Below are positions 12,931-25,780 of a stretch of 52,624 bases of DNA, one piece after another. The stretch comes from Thraustotheca clavata (taxonomy: Eukaryota): contig JNBS01000043.1 in the NCBI GenBank assembly GCA_002081575.1, positions 1 through 52,624 of the forward strand. The letters run 5' to 3'. The notes under the pieces were generated by a model. It saw only the letters and a program-made list of their open reading frames with translations, was not told the DNA's origin and ran no database searches. Position numbers and translations under genes: made by a program. Every line of letters begins with the position of its first letter. Within the stretch, counting starts at the first letter, position 1.

Positions 12931-15900
12931 TTATCTCTTTTGATGATTGATGAAAATGAGTGAGAGAAGAGCTAATAGTCGCCATAGTACAATGATACCA
13001 AGGACCACAAATAATTTGTCCATCAAACGTCAAATTTCATTTTGTACATGAATTTAACGTATTCTTTGACTGTAATTTGGGTAGTATTGTGCTCATGAGT
13101 TAAACTTTAGGGGAATTCCAGCAGCAGGCATGATTTGACACCCTATTTGAGTTCCATCATCGCAATTGGTAAAAGTTTCAGCAACTAATAAAGCCAAACT
13201 AAATCGAGGTGGTGTGATGGTATATAACCATTGATATCCACTAGGAATTTTCAGAGCCTGGAGGATTAAAGCCCATAAAGAGAAAAAAGATTGAGTTTAT
13301 AAGCACACCCATGAGTGCTGCAATATCGACTCGGGGCATGGCATAAGTTAGTAGCTGCCCAAAGTAAACGTTCATTAGCACCATAAGTGACAAATTGACA
13401 CCACAGAACGCACATGCACCTACTGATTCGTAAAAGCCCACGAATGGGTAGAAAATAATGGTAAACATGAACGTCGTGATAAAGACGTAAGGAATATCAG
13501 CCAAAGTTGATCCAACCCAATACCATACTGCAGCATAAGTTTGGCTAGCACGTTTACGGTAAATGAAGCTCGCTCTTCAGATGCCAAAGGTAACACTGAG
13601 TTAAATGAAATCATCCTAATAAAAAGTGACGTCAGAAAAATCATACCAACACCACAAGTAGCACTAATATAAGTTCCATAATCTACTCTGCGCTATACTA
13701 ACCCAAAAAGAACTGCATAAATCAGAGACCATCAAAGCCCGAGTAAAGTTGTAAGTTGGTGTACGCCAATACATTCGATAAAATCGCTGTGTTACGTAAA
13801 TGAATTATGTAAATGAGGTAGCCGCTCGCTTCGAAGCATATTTGAGTTCTTGCATTGAGGAATTTGGTGCACCATAAACTTCCAAGCTCTTTATCAAGCC
13901 TGCATTTAAAGAGCTTTCCTTAAAAGCTTAACATAATCCACAACCTCACCATCGGTGTGTCGTGCTTCAACACCAGCACCAATGCATTCAAGCATCCATG
14001 TAGCTGGGTTTGCACCTCGTTGGAGTTGGAGTGTATTAGGAATACCACTAAAGTACTCAATCAATTTGTTGGAATTTTCTCCAAGAGGACCAAAGAATAC
14101 TGTCTCAACACCGTTTAAGGAGTAAAAGGTTATCAAACATTTGAAAAACCTCAGTGGAAGGTTGGTGAATAGTACAAATACAGTGCGTCCGGTGGATGCA
14201 ATTTTACGAATTCCCGACATAATGATCTTGGCTGATCTTGCATCCTAACCACCAGTTGGTTCATTAAGGAAAAGAATACTCGGTGCAGCAGCTAGCTCGA
14301 CACCAATAGTTAATCTTTTTATTTGTTCAACTGACGAGCCTCGAATAATATTGTCACCCAAGTTCACTATTCCTAATACTTCCAAGCATTGCTCAGCGAA
14401 AGCAAGTTTAAATTCCTGAAATGGTGTGAGATTGCCGAAGCATTGCACTAAATTGTAAAGCTTCTCGCTAAATGTAGCAGATTCACAGTGAATACCCATT
14501 TGCCCATTTGCTCACAATAGCCGGTTCCACGTCGAATAACTAAGTCTGTAGCTGGGTAGCTATTGAGAAATATTTGTCCTTCAATTTTGCCACCAGTTTT
14601 TCGCCCAGCAATCACATCCATATGTGTAGTTTTCCCAGCACCAGAAGAGCCCATTAGAGCTGCGACTGTACCTGGTGCAGCATAACCATTTATGCCTTTC
14701 AGAAGTTTAAGTTCGGGTTCACCCTTTTTAGGGTTGGGAACGGAATACCATAAATCTTTAAATGCCAAAGTGACTGAAATTGATGTTGCTATTGGGTCTC
14801 GGGCATTAACAATAACAGCGTTCTTTGGTGGTGTTTTGAGTGGTACTTTACCTTTGGATTCTATTTCATCAAGGTGAACTACAACGTTTTCTGGTGCATC
14901 ATATCGAACATACTCCAATGCAATATAAGCAAAGCCAAGGTCGACGAAAAACTTGCCGCAAGGTTGATTGCACCATACCAAATCCACTCCTTTCCAGTAG
15001 GAAAACCAAAAATTTTAAGCATCACATTATCCATGGTATCACCTTCAATTTTTATGTAGTTGATACCTTCATAAACATTTTGCTGAAATTCCGACGAAGA
15101 GTATTGATTGATTGTCAAGGAGCGAATACACCATGACAGCGGGTTAATCCAGTAAATCCAAATGAAGTAGTCTGGAATGATCGATGGTGAGATGATAAAC
15201 CCAGCGAAGAGAATAAAAATCAGGATTGTTAACATCGATAGTGGTTTGGCAACATGGAGATCGGGAGACACCATTGATATGAAGAAGAACCAAGATGCAA
15301 ACGAAAGGTTTGTAAGGTAAAGCATTAGCAAATATGTCAAAAAGCACCAGCTTCCGATACAATCCAATGATCCAGTACATAATAGAACCAAACACACGTG
15401 TCTCCATAATGGCAAATGGTACTTGAGTAAATGATTGCGCCAATATAAATATTCGAAAAAAGGATGCAATACTTTGTTTTTAGTTCATATTACATGCTTC
15501 TAAATGTGCTGGCATCATTGGTACCTGGCACATGGCAAGCAACAGAGAACTGCCATGAAAATAACCCCAAGAATGACCACTGGGTTTTGAGGATTGACAT
15601 GGTAAAACATACTTGAGTATAGTAAACCCATGAGCAATACAGTAACAATTCGACTTTCACAAATGCTTTATTGCGAAGAAATACCGTTAACTGGCGAGCG
15701 ATTAACAGCTTTGTGCTTGTGCAAAGCTTACATGCTGTAATGGCATCTCCAACTTAAATTTGTTGGCATCTTCAATAAGTGCTGTGTCAAGAGACCCATT
15801 AATATGAGTCATCATTGCTTTGTAAATAGCTGAATCTCGAAATACTGATGCATATTCTGCTGGTGTTACTGGTGGTGTAGCTCCATCAACTACGTATTGA

Positions 15901-16945
15901 TCTTGTTGGGTGTACCAGGTCCAATAGAAAATCGGCTACATCTCGTTTTGGTGGGCATTTAAAGCCGAGCGCTTCAAAGTACTCTAAGCAACTAGCTCGT
16001 CGTCCGTGGTTCATAACAAACCCTTTATTTAAAAAGCAAGATATCATCAAACAAATTGTAAACTTCAGGTGGTGGTTGAAGAAGAGCAATGACAATGGTT
16101 TTTCGCAACAATGAAGCCATGCTTTTTTGGAATTTCACGATATCATACGTAGCAGCACTGTCGAGCCCAGTACTAATTTTATCCATGAATGATACTTGAT
16201 TCATACCAAACTCCATTTCACCGACAGTCACTCACTTACGTTCACCACCAGATACACCTCTTAGCATACCATCACCCACAATAGTCTATTTACAATGTAC
16301 TAAACCCATTTGACGGGTTATGATTCAGGGTAGGCCTTATACACCGACTCAATAATGTCTTTAGCATGTTGATTTTGCTCGGATGTTTTATTATTCAGAG
16401 CATTCAGAAATCGGGGTGGAACAATAGCACCGCCACAGGAAGCATGGGCAAATGCAATAGTTTCCTTTACTGTAAGTGTCGGATAGTGAAACCTCGTTGA
16501 TTGACATACGCAGTAAACTGAGGTAATACTTTTTTAACGGAGGCCATATCTTTGCCATTGTAGCTAACTTGACCACCAACTGAGATGTTTTTATGCATTG
16601 GAAAGCGACCACTTAAAAACTTCATTAGAGATGATTTTCCTGAACCAGGTTGTCCAAGTAGAAGCGTAGTAGAGCTTGGTTTAAGCACTCCAGTCATGGG
16701 ACGAAGAACATCCTTTTTCACTGAAACATACCAAGAATAATCTTTTTCGCGTGATTGACTAACGTGGGAAGTTCATGCCCATCTTTGGTAGTCAAGACGA
16801 CATCGGCTTTGGTTGACAAGTCTGTAAAGCTTATTTCCATTTGGGGCATAGGCTTTTTCATTGCAGCTTCTAGTGCTTGCTAGTGATGCATGAAAGGCAT
16901 CAGATCCATCAGCTAAAAGTTCATCGGCATTTGTACGATAACAAT
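12931..16945 (-). pseudogene. PDR-type ABCG transporter pseudogene (NBD-TMD-NBD-TMD); 5' end approximate
   Basis: LLGQPGSGKSSL, GVSGGERK, D-ISTGLDSAATY, IALLQPPPE, MGSSGAGKTT, KRLTIGVEL, NPATWMLE and terminal INHQKR* are scattered over many frames, with stops and frameshifts that have no intron signals. Confidence 0.9.
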
Positions 16946-17590
16946 TTGATGTCAAATTGAAAGGTAAAGTGGTAATTTTGTAAATATTTTTGCCTGTTAT
17001 CATAATTATTGCAGTAAAAAATTCATTGCATAACCCAAGTACGAGTTGCAGACTAGACAGTGATTTAGTAATGGATATGCCTTTGTTTGAACGATTATTA
17101 GCATGTCAAATTTCATCAACATACTATAAATATAATCTTGATTGAATTCATTTTTTAACCTGGAGATATTTACCTTGCTATTCAGAAATAACATTTCTTT
17201 TGTTAACTTTTTCAATATGATATAACATTACATCAAAAAATCTTTTTACCGACTAATGCCTTCTAGAAATGTATCTATTAATGTGTAGAAATAACTTGTA
17301 TATCAAGATTTAAACTTTTCATAACAAAAATGTCATTGGATTTATGACAAGTTTTGAATGATATTAAGTTTGAGAGAATCTTTTGACAAACCTGCTATTA
17401 CTTATATATGTATTTTGCAGCTATTGATTGGGCGCTATAAATCTTTCCTGGAGATAGCTCCCAATTAAATCGTATTATTCTATTTGTTGCTACCAATCAA
17501 AAGCTGTGATTCTATTTATTTTTGCAAAATGCTAATTCTAACACAATTTGAAACTCGTATTTTCATCATCTTTCTTAAAGCGCAAGTCTC

Positions 17591-19511
17591 ATGTCAAGTA
17601 CTTTCTTAGAAAGGCAGAAAAATGTACCTATGATACATCGTCGCCATGGTGATGTTACTCCGAAACCACGTGGACATGCTTTAGGAGAAAAGATCCCAGC
17701 TTACGTTTATGTACGCCAATTGGAAGTTCCTGCTCAAATGCCAGCACCAATTACTGCTTTTGATCCATCCAAGTCTAAAGTACCCAACTTTATTGCTTTG
17801 GATAAAAAAGTTCTTCGTTATGAAGGCTATTTTCTTGAAGCAGTTCATGAGAGCAATTTGGAAAACTATCGTGTACGAAATTGTATTATTTTGTATTACT
17901 TGGAAGACGATACGATTCAAATAATAGAGCCTAAAGTGGAGAATAGTGGGATTCTACAAGGCAATTTTGTCAAAAGACACAAAATTCCAAAACCTGAGAG
18001 TGATGAAAATGGAGATATGAGTTTTTACACTCATTGGGATCTCGGACTTGGTGCAGAAGTCACTTTTTATGGACGTACATTTCACATTCAATCAGCTGAT
18101 AAATTTACAATGGATTTTATGATGGAAAACCATGGCACCACTGGAGAAGTTCAGCGACCAACTCCACGAGATGCCTACTCTGAAATTCGTAAAGCACACA
18201 TGGCGAGAGAAACTGGACAAGATATTGATGCTAATTATGGTAAAAAGCAATATCCGATGAAGGAGTTTATGGAAGCTACGCTTGGAAAATTTGCTCGGCC
18301 AAGTAATCATCGTAAACAATTTAATGAACACGATCGTCACGTCCTCCGGTGGTTTGCTATTTGGGATGATACTTCAAAACTATATGGCACCAAACACAAG
18401 TATAAAATAACATTTCATTTATTCCTTATATGCTCTTAGGTACATAATCCACTTCTTTTTAGCCGACAACACAGTCGAAATTCGAGAGTCTTATGATCGC
18501 AATAGTGGATGCGATCCTTTTCCAAAACTTCTTAATCGAAGTCAATTACTTAAGTGCCCAACACTTGAAGGACCCTATGCTACATCATTATCTTCTACCG
18601 ACAAAAGACCTCCTGATTCGGACTATTTTAGCTGGGAAGAACTTACTGTTGGGGGCTACATTGACATATTCAATCGCAAAATTTTACTACTTGATGCCGA
18701 TACCAGTACACGCTTATGGTATTAACTATAGTAAATATCAAAATCTAATCAAACGTAGGTACAAGGAACATGGAATTGATCTTGGTCCAGCTATAGTGAT
18801 TTCAGAGAATAAAACTAAACCACCATCATTTGTACCACCATCTCATAATGGAATGGGTTCTGAGATTGATTCACTTGGCTCTTGTTATCATTTAACACCT
18901 AAGCCACACCGAAAATCAATGGAAGAGACTGACAATAAGATCATTTTACGCTTTAGTGCCTCTATGGATACCAAAAAGCCCGAAGATGTACATCGGCGAT
19001 TTATTGTGTCATTTATGATATGCGATTTATCATTAATGATCATGGAACCACCTCAACGCAATAGCGGAATTGGTGGTGGTAAATTTCTTGAACGTGGAGT
19101 ACAAAAGAATCCCTCCACAGGGCAACCTTTTCGTAAAAGTGATTTCTATGTTGGAGCTAGAATCCCCGTTGTTGGTAGGATTTTCTTGTTAGAGAATATG
19201 GATGAATATTCGGCTAAATATATGGAAGCTAATCCCTCAGACTTTCCATTTGCCGATCAAACAAAAGCTACAAACAAAATTTTAAATGCTCTACGTTCAT
19301 CTCCACAGCTATTAGCACAGGTACAAAAAGATTGGTGATATCAAAATTTATTTTGTATTAGGTCAAAGGAAAAAATGACCTTAGTGTAAAAGAAGCTATT
19401 TCTTGGTTGGGAAACTTAGTACCTCATGAGGTTATCGCGTTTACTCGTGCCAATAGTACTGAAGAAGGGAAACTTGATTTGGCACACGTTAAAGAACAAT
19501 TGCATACTTAA
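17591..19511 (+). CDS. EFHC1: EFHC1/RIB72-like axonemal protein with three DM10 domains, multi-exon
   Basis: KVLRYEGYF..YYLEDDTIQIIEPKVENSGILQGNFVKRH, VLRWFAIWDD..RNSGCDPFPKLL and ILRFSA..EPPQRNSGIGGGKFLE are three DM10 repeats. EFHC1 versus EFHC2 cannot be resolved by eye. Confidence 0.9.
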
Positions 19512-19632
19512 TTTTTAATTCCCGCTAATGATTAGACTGGAGTTTTATTTCTATGTCACCCTGCTCACTGTTTTACCTATTTTCTTTCTCAATCATCGTT
19601 CATCATTACAACAAACTTGCAATTGAATAATC

Positions 19633-20587
19633 ATGCGTAGACGCTCAAGTAATGACTCAAATATGTACATTTTATCTGCTGGCACCTATAGCATTACCTC
19701 CCAAAAGAATTTATTTGCTAGTTTTGCTAAAAATTACTCAGTTGATATAGGATCGATTGCACCTATTCAATTAAAGGTCGTGGAGGAAGCAGTCACTTTT
19801 CTACGAGGTGAAGCCTTCAGTCATGCTTTCACTGATGATGATTCTACCAATCTACCAAATTCATCAATGGGTAATCTTGAGCTTCGGGCACTTGGATTTG
19901 CACCTACTCGAGTTCATGTTGATTTACAACTTACTCAGCGAATTAGTCTAAAAAATACAACTCAACCACAAATTCAATTGGTGTCCTACTATCATATTTT
20001 TCCTAAAGCATTTTGTACAGGGTGTGTTCCAATAGCTGAACTTGGCAACGGGACCTGCAATTTTACCATGGTATATAATGACACAAGAAAAAGTTAAACA
20101 ATTGGATTTTGTGAATGGATCTATGCATTCTACTGGAAATGATCAATCGACATCTCTGTCGACGATTAGCTCAAAATAGTCTTTCACGACAATCTATGTT
20201 CAATAGTTCATCTATTCTCATGGACGATATTATTTGCATAGACCCATATTCATTAGCCAGGAATTATTAATTGTATAGCTCTGTACATTGCAATGGTTTT
20301 TTATATCACATTTAACTTTATTTGGTTTACCAGAGAAAGAAGTTCGTATTGTAAAAAGAAACATCAACAGCACAATAATAAAGGAACCGATTCAATCACT
20401 GGAATGAGCCCAACTTCCTTCAGCACGTACAGAAGGAGCCTCTTCACAAGGTGCTCCGGAAGGGTATTTTATGGTTGCCCAAGATTCAGGACATCATATA
20501 CATTTATTAGATAGCGATATCAATGATGTTAAGAGCTTGATGTTTAACATCAAAGTTCTTAAAAACACTAGCATTATGGCCAAGTGA
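19633..20587 (+). pseudogene. Internally deleted, frameshifted tandem duplicate of the 21064-23061 gene
   Basis: YILSAGTY..FLRGEAFSHAFTDD..CTGCVPIAELGNGTCNFTMVYNDT matches the paralog. 20140-20587 matches the paralog C-terminus (LAQNSL, AQDSGHHIHLLD, FNIKVLKNTS) with indels. Confidence 0.88.
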
Positions 20588-21063
20588 TTTAGTATATTAG
20601 GATAAAGTAATTGTAATTATAAATTTTAAGATGACTTCACAAATAGAATTTTTTTGTTCAAGTTTTTATGGTAGCTGAACATAGAACTCTTTACTTGCTA
20701 AATGATTTTAGTTCGTTATCAGTGTACTCAATAAATGTAGATATATATGACATGAAATAGCAACAACTTCATAATGAACCATATTGCCATTTTTGGCATA
20801 CAATGTTTAGTACATCACAAAAGAGTGTGTCTTTTTTCTTGGTATACTTAGTTCATTATATCTTGTTAACTTATTTCTTCTGATTTAAAGCATAAACTTA
20901 AAATACTAGAGCGAATGCTTCAAGTGCTTTAAGATTACGTATCACTACACCAAACATATAATTAGCTCCATTCACTTAACTACTTGTATTGGTTGTAAAC
21001 ATGGACTATAAATAAATCAATTTTGGAGTTAATATTTTTGTCGAATTGAATCATTAATAAATA

Positions 21064-23061
21064 ATGAAACAACGATCTAGTAATTGCTACACTATTGTGA
21101 AAGAAAAGTCAAATAATTCAATTCGACAAATGGCCACGTTTTACTTTAATTTTTGTCTACAATGGATATCCTGGATCATTGGGCTTGGAGTTGTGGCTTT
21201 GGTAGCTTTTGACTCTATTGTGAACAATTGGGCGTTTAACGATTTTATCGGAAATGGATATCAATTTATCACTCCAGTAGCAGACATTCAAAATGCTGGA
21301 CAATTAATTGGACCATATTCATTTGCTTTAGATGCAAGTTTAGTCGACTTATCACGTATCAGTAAATTCATGATTAACTATACTGTGAGCAACATTGTTG
21401 CTCCCGCCAATCCAAATATTTACCTTTTATCTGCTGGAACATATACCATTAATAACAAGATGAATTTATGTGGCATTTTTGCTCGTGACTATAATGTTGA
21501 TCTAGCCTCAACAGCTCCCATCCAACTTGGTGTTGTTTCTGAAGCAATTACTTACCTTCGTGGTGAAGCTTTTAGTCATGCATTTACTGATGATGGTACA
21601 TCTAATTTGGCAAATACTACAATGGGAAATTTTCAACTCCGTTCACTTGGATATGCACCAGCTCGAATTCAAGTTGACTTGCGATTAACTCAGCGAGTTC
21701 GTCTAAGAAATACGACAGAGCTACAAATTCGACGAGTTTCCTATTATCGCATTTATCCAAAATCGTATTGCACAGGGTGTGTTCCTGTAGCTGAATTGGG
21801 ATATGGCACTTGTAATTTTACAATGTTATACAATGACACCAGTAAAAAACTTCGTATTGCTAATTCATCGTATGTCGATGGCTCAGACCATGCATTTGGG
21901 TTAATGATCCAACAATCGAGTTTCAGTTCAGCCTCACATTATCTCAAATTCATTGCTTTCATTTTTGCAATCGGTGGGTATATTGCAAGTCGACGCACAG
22001 TGCAATGGCAAGAAATTGATGTAAATAGGACGCAAAATTTTTTTCACCGAGTGGTCAAGACTATCATACCGAGCTATTTTCCTCATTTATCTCATGCTGT
22101 ACGATACGACATGATATGCTACAATAGTGATATTTTTGTTTTGCTATTCACAACAGCTATAGTTCTTGATATAAACCACGCTATTGTTTATACACGAGAA
22201 GCTCAAGTGTTTAATGATGTTTGCCCAAATTGGAAAATTGGAGTTCAATTATTTGCTTTAAGCACACGCTTATTATGGATAAACTGCGCCTTTTTGAAAT
22301 GTGTGAAAATATTTTGGAGCTTTCTGTCAACAGCTTCGCATAGTGGTGAGAGCACATTCATGGGTTGGTTTAACCTATCCAGTGTGACATCATTGTACCT
22401 GAGTGCAATTTTGCTTTTTTACATCCCACCATTTATTGAATATAACAACAGCGTCCGGCATGACTTGAAAAGCAATATTCAATCGCTGGATGGTGTTGTA
22501 GTAGACTTTTTCGAAAGTTTCTATATTCGTGGAAGTGGTGCTATTGCAGCAGGCTTAATTTTGAATATTTGTTTGGTGGTAGCTTTCGATCAATTAGTAA
22601 ATCGACGACTTTGGCGTCGTTTAGCTCAAAACAGTTTAGCAAGGCAATCCATTTTCAACAGTTCCTCTATACTTATGGATGATATCACTTCTATTGATCC
22701 CGATGCTTTAATGAAAGATGCTCCAGTCATTAATTGTAAAGCACGACGACTTTGCACATTGCAATGGTTTTTTATATCTCATCTAACACTCTTTGGCTTA
22801 TCTGAAAAAGAAATTCGAGTCAAGAAGAAGCAGCAAAATCAAAAAAATAGAGCAAGTGAAGGACAAAATGAAATGAGCCAACTTCAATCAGCACATACCG
22901 ATGAAACAACATCAACAACTGAGGGTGTTCCTGAAGGGCAATTTATTATTGCTCAAGACTCTGGTCATCATATCCATTTACTCGACTGCCAAATCAATGA
23001 TGTCAAAAGCTTAATTTTCAACATTAAGATTCTTAAAAACACTAGCGTAATGATCAAATAG
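21064..23061 (+). CDS. Intronless 665-aa multi-pass membrane protein of unknown function
   Basis: Long ORF with one N-terminal hydrophobic segment, a large loop with N-glycosylation sequons and about five further hydrophobic segments. Confidence 0.85.
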   Translation: MKQRSSNCYTIVKEKSNNSIRQMATFYFNFCLQWISWIIGLGVVALVAFDSIVNNWAFNDFIGNGYQFITPVADIQNAGQLIGPYSFALDASLVDLSRISKFMINYTVSNIVAPANPNIYLLSAGTYTINNKMNLCGIFARDYNVDLASTAPIQLGVVSEAITYLRGEAFSHAFTDDGTSNLANTTMGNFQLRSLGYAPARIQVDLRLTQRVRLRNTTELQIRRVSYYRIYPKSYCTGCVPVAELGYGTCNFTMLYNDTSKKLRIANSSYVDGSDHAFGLMIQQSSFSSASHYLKFIAFIFAIGGYIASRRTVQWQEIDVNRTQNFFHRVVKTIIPSYFPHLSHAVRYDMICYNSDIFVLLFTTAIVLDINHAIVYTREAQVFNDVCPNWKIGVQLFALSTRLLWINCAFLKCVKIFWSFLSTASHSGESTFMGWFNLSSVTSLYLSAILLFYIPPFIEYNNSVRHDLKSNIQSLDGVVVDFFESFYIRGSGAIAAGLILNICLVVAFDQLVNRRLWRRLAQNSLARQSIFNSSSILMDDITSIDPDALMKDAPVINCKARRLCTLQWFFISHLTLFGLSEKEIRVKKKQQNQKNRASEGQNEMSQLQSAHTDETTSTTEGVPEGQFIIAQDSGHHIHLLDCQINDVKSLIFNIKILKNTSVMIK

Positions 23062-23879
23062 CACCAACACTGTATATTTTTAGCAATAAACCTTTTACTT
23101 TTAGCATTTTTATTACCAACTTAAATGCATTCTGTCAGTAATTCTATAACAAAAATATTCCTTTAAGCACCAAATTTATATAGTAAAACTAAACATTATA
23201 ATGTGTTTGTGATTTTGGGCAAATTTACCACCATTCCTGTTGAGTGTATGTAATTTGGCGCGAGGTTTGTATTGTTTGGATAATTCCTTGGCGTCATTCT
23301 GATTTTTTGCGTATCCCCACTCATAAGTATTTTGAAAGCTGGACTGAGCTTGCCAACGTGTTCAAACTATGTGACTATTTACAACTTGAGCCAGGGCATT
23401 TCCATCTCGTTTGTTGAACAAATCGAAATAAAAATTTCAAGAATATGCAAATATATGATACAATAAAGCGTCTTTCATCTACAGTTTTGCATTTAGAGTT
23501 TCTTTTACCATATTTCCAGCGAATGCCAAATTGAAGAATTGAATTACAGATACTAACAATCCTATAATTCGGAACTATATTCTTATTACACTCTTTTGTT
23601 CACCACACACTCCTTATCGCTTAATATGTTGCACAATGAATATTGGCCCAGTTTGACCTCGTGGGCAAATTCTCCAAAATAAACTATGATAATTACAAGT
23701 ATTCTCCTCAACAAGGACTCTGGACTATCAATTTCTTTCCTGTGGCCTTTTTCACCAAATCCCACACTACCCAACTGGGACAAATTTGAATCATCAAAAA
23801 TTTTATCTTAAATTACAAAGGGTCTTCTTCAAATGCATGCGCTATACCCTTTCTCACGATTGGGGCAAAGTGGTGATAA

Positions 23880-24446
23880 ATGCAAATTACAATGTCAAGT
23901 GCTCGTAAGAATAGACCCAATGTCTTTATCGAAAAGCTCGTTAAAATGGTGGAATTTGCACCTGATCGAGTAATTGGTTGGTCCAAAGATGGAAGTAAGA
24001 TCATTGTACAAGGCGTGACACCTTTAGAAAATGACTATCTTCCTCGTTTTTACCATCATCGGAGTTTTTTAAATTTTACACGTCAATTACGAGTTTATGG
24101 TTTTTCAAAATCCAAACTCTATGGTTTACCTTGTGATGAAACAATGAATGCCAAACGTGGTTTTGGCTACATCTTTGCCCATCCTTTCGTTCATCGAGAT
24201 CATACAGAGCAACTTTGTCGTGTTCAACGCATGACAATGGATGATAGTCATATTAGTGAGCTTCGTGCTGCAGTCGAAGGTTTAAAATCAGACAAACCAA
24301 GTCCAATTTGTTATCATCGTAAAAATCAAATCATGTCATTTATTCCAGAGCAAATCGTATCAAATTCATCAAAAAATCATTTGAAATTGGATGAAATTGA
24401 TGTTGCGATCCTTGATCTTCTTTTAACCAACACCAAATGCCTCTGA
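23880..24446 (+). CDS. HSF-type DNA-binding domain transcription factor
   Basis: FIEKLVKMV..IGWSKDG..LPRFYHH.SFLNFTRQLRVYGFSK..FAHPF is the HSF DBD pattern. Confidence 0.88.
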   Translation: MQITMSSARKNRPNVFIEKLVKMVEFAPDRVIGWSKDGSKIIVQGVTPLENDYLPRFYHHRSFLNFTRQLRVYGFSKSKLYGLPCDETMNAKRGFGYIFAHPFVHRDHTEQLCRVQRMTMDDSHISELRAAVEGLKSDKPSPICYHRKNQIMSFIPEQIVSNSSKNHLKLDEIDVAILDLLLTNTKCL

Positions 24447-25057
24447 TAACGCGACGATAAACATGATCTATCTTGCGCAATTCCCCATCAAAAAAATTGT
24501 CAATTTCACAATCAAATCCAAGTTTTTTGTGTTGGATATGAGAATGGTACGAAATGTTTTTTCCGATTTTCTTTTAAACCAAATACAAAGTTCAAGCAGT
24601 CTTTTCTTTGTGCTGTTGTTTGAAAAGGAGTTTTCCTTGGAGCTGGCGTTAACATCCTATAAAATCCTTACCCTAGCGTCTATCCCAATCAAACTCTCTA
24701 TGAATAATTTCCTTACATGTATTTTGTCCAAGGGTCCAAACTTTAGGTTACGGTACCTGTCAAAAGGGTAAAGTACGTCAAAAGTGACCCAAGCTTGCCT
24801 CATCATACCGTACTTTTCCATACTAACATTAATCTCTTACATGCATGTAATTTTGAATTATAAAGTGATTTCTTGCTGTAATAGTTAAAATACAAACATT
24901 AAAACTTGATAATAATGAAAATGAATGCAATTTTGCATATTTCCATTGCATAGCTTATGTGAATGACCATCTGTGTCACAGAGATTGGGTGGGCGAAGTG
25001 AAGAGTGGCGTCAGCAGTCTCTTCATTTTTTTGTTGTCATTTTGAAATTGTTTAGCC

Positions 25058-25780
25058 ATGACTCAATCGCTTGATCGTTCTTCGCTTGTCTTTTTGGCGC
25101 AATTGGCGGAACAAGCCGAACGCTATGATGAAATGGCCGAATACATGAAAACAGTTGTGACTAGCGACCCAACCCCTTTGGACTTGGAAGAACGTAATTT
25201 ACTTGCTGTTGCTTATAAAAATGTCATCGGGTCTCGTCGTGCTGCTTGGCGTGTGCTTCAGGCAATTGAAACTCATCGTAAAAGTGAACGTGTTGAGCAT
25301 GTACAAAAATATCGTGCCAAGATTGAAGAAGAACTTCAGGCTACATGTGATGAAATGCTTGATATGCTAAACAAACATTTGTTACCATCGGCAGCATCAC
25401 CTGAAGATAGTGTTTTTTATTTGAAAACTCAAGGCGATTATTATCGTTATTTGGCAGAATTCCAAACCAAAGATCAGGGTGCAGTTGATAAAGCATTGGC
25501 TTGCTACAGTCAAGCTACGGACATTGCAACAGCTAAACTTCATTCGACAAACCCATTACGTCTTGGACTTTCGTTGAATTTTGCAGTCTTTTATTGTGAA
25601 ATCATGAAGCTACCAGACCAAGCATGTCAACTTGCCAAGAAAGCATTTGATGATGCTATTGCTGATATGGATTCGTTGACTGAAGAAAGTTTCCGAGATG
25701 CAGCTATGATTTTGCAAATCATTCGGGACAATTTGACCTTGTGGACTTCGGAAGAAGATGATGACCATCAACATCCGTAA
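25058..25780 (+). CDS. 14-3-3 protein (divergent)
   Basis: LAEQAERYDEM, EERNLLAVAYKNVIG, GDYYRYLAE, PLRLGL.LN and RDNLTLW. Intronless. Confidence 0.96.
   Translation: MTQSLDRSSLVFLAQLAEQAERYDEMAEYMKTVVTSDPTPLDLEERNLLAVAYKNVIGSRRAAWRVLQAIETHRKSERVEHVQKYRAKIEEELQATCDEMLDMLNKHLLPSAASPEDSVFYLKTQGDYYRYLAEFQTKDQGAVDKALACYSQATDIATAKLHSTNPLRLGLSLNFAVFYCEIMKLPDQACQLAKKAFDDAIADMDSLTEESFRDAAMILQIIRDNLTLWTSEEDDDHQHP

Noticed and set aside
24463..24771. 102-aa ORF downstream of HSF
   Set aside because: TTT/AAA-biased composition with no motif; probably a spurious ORF in AT-rich intergenic DNA.
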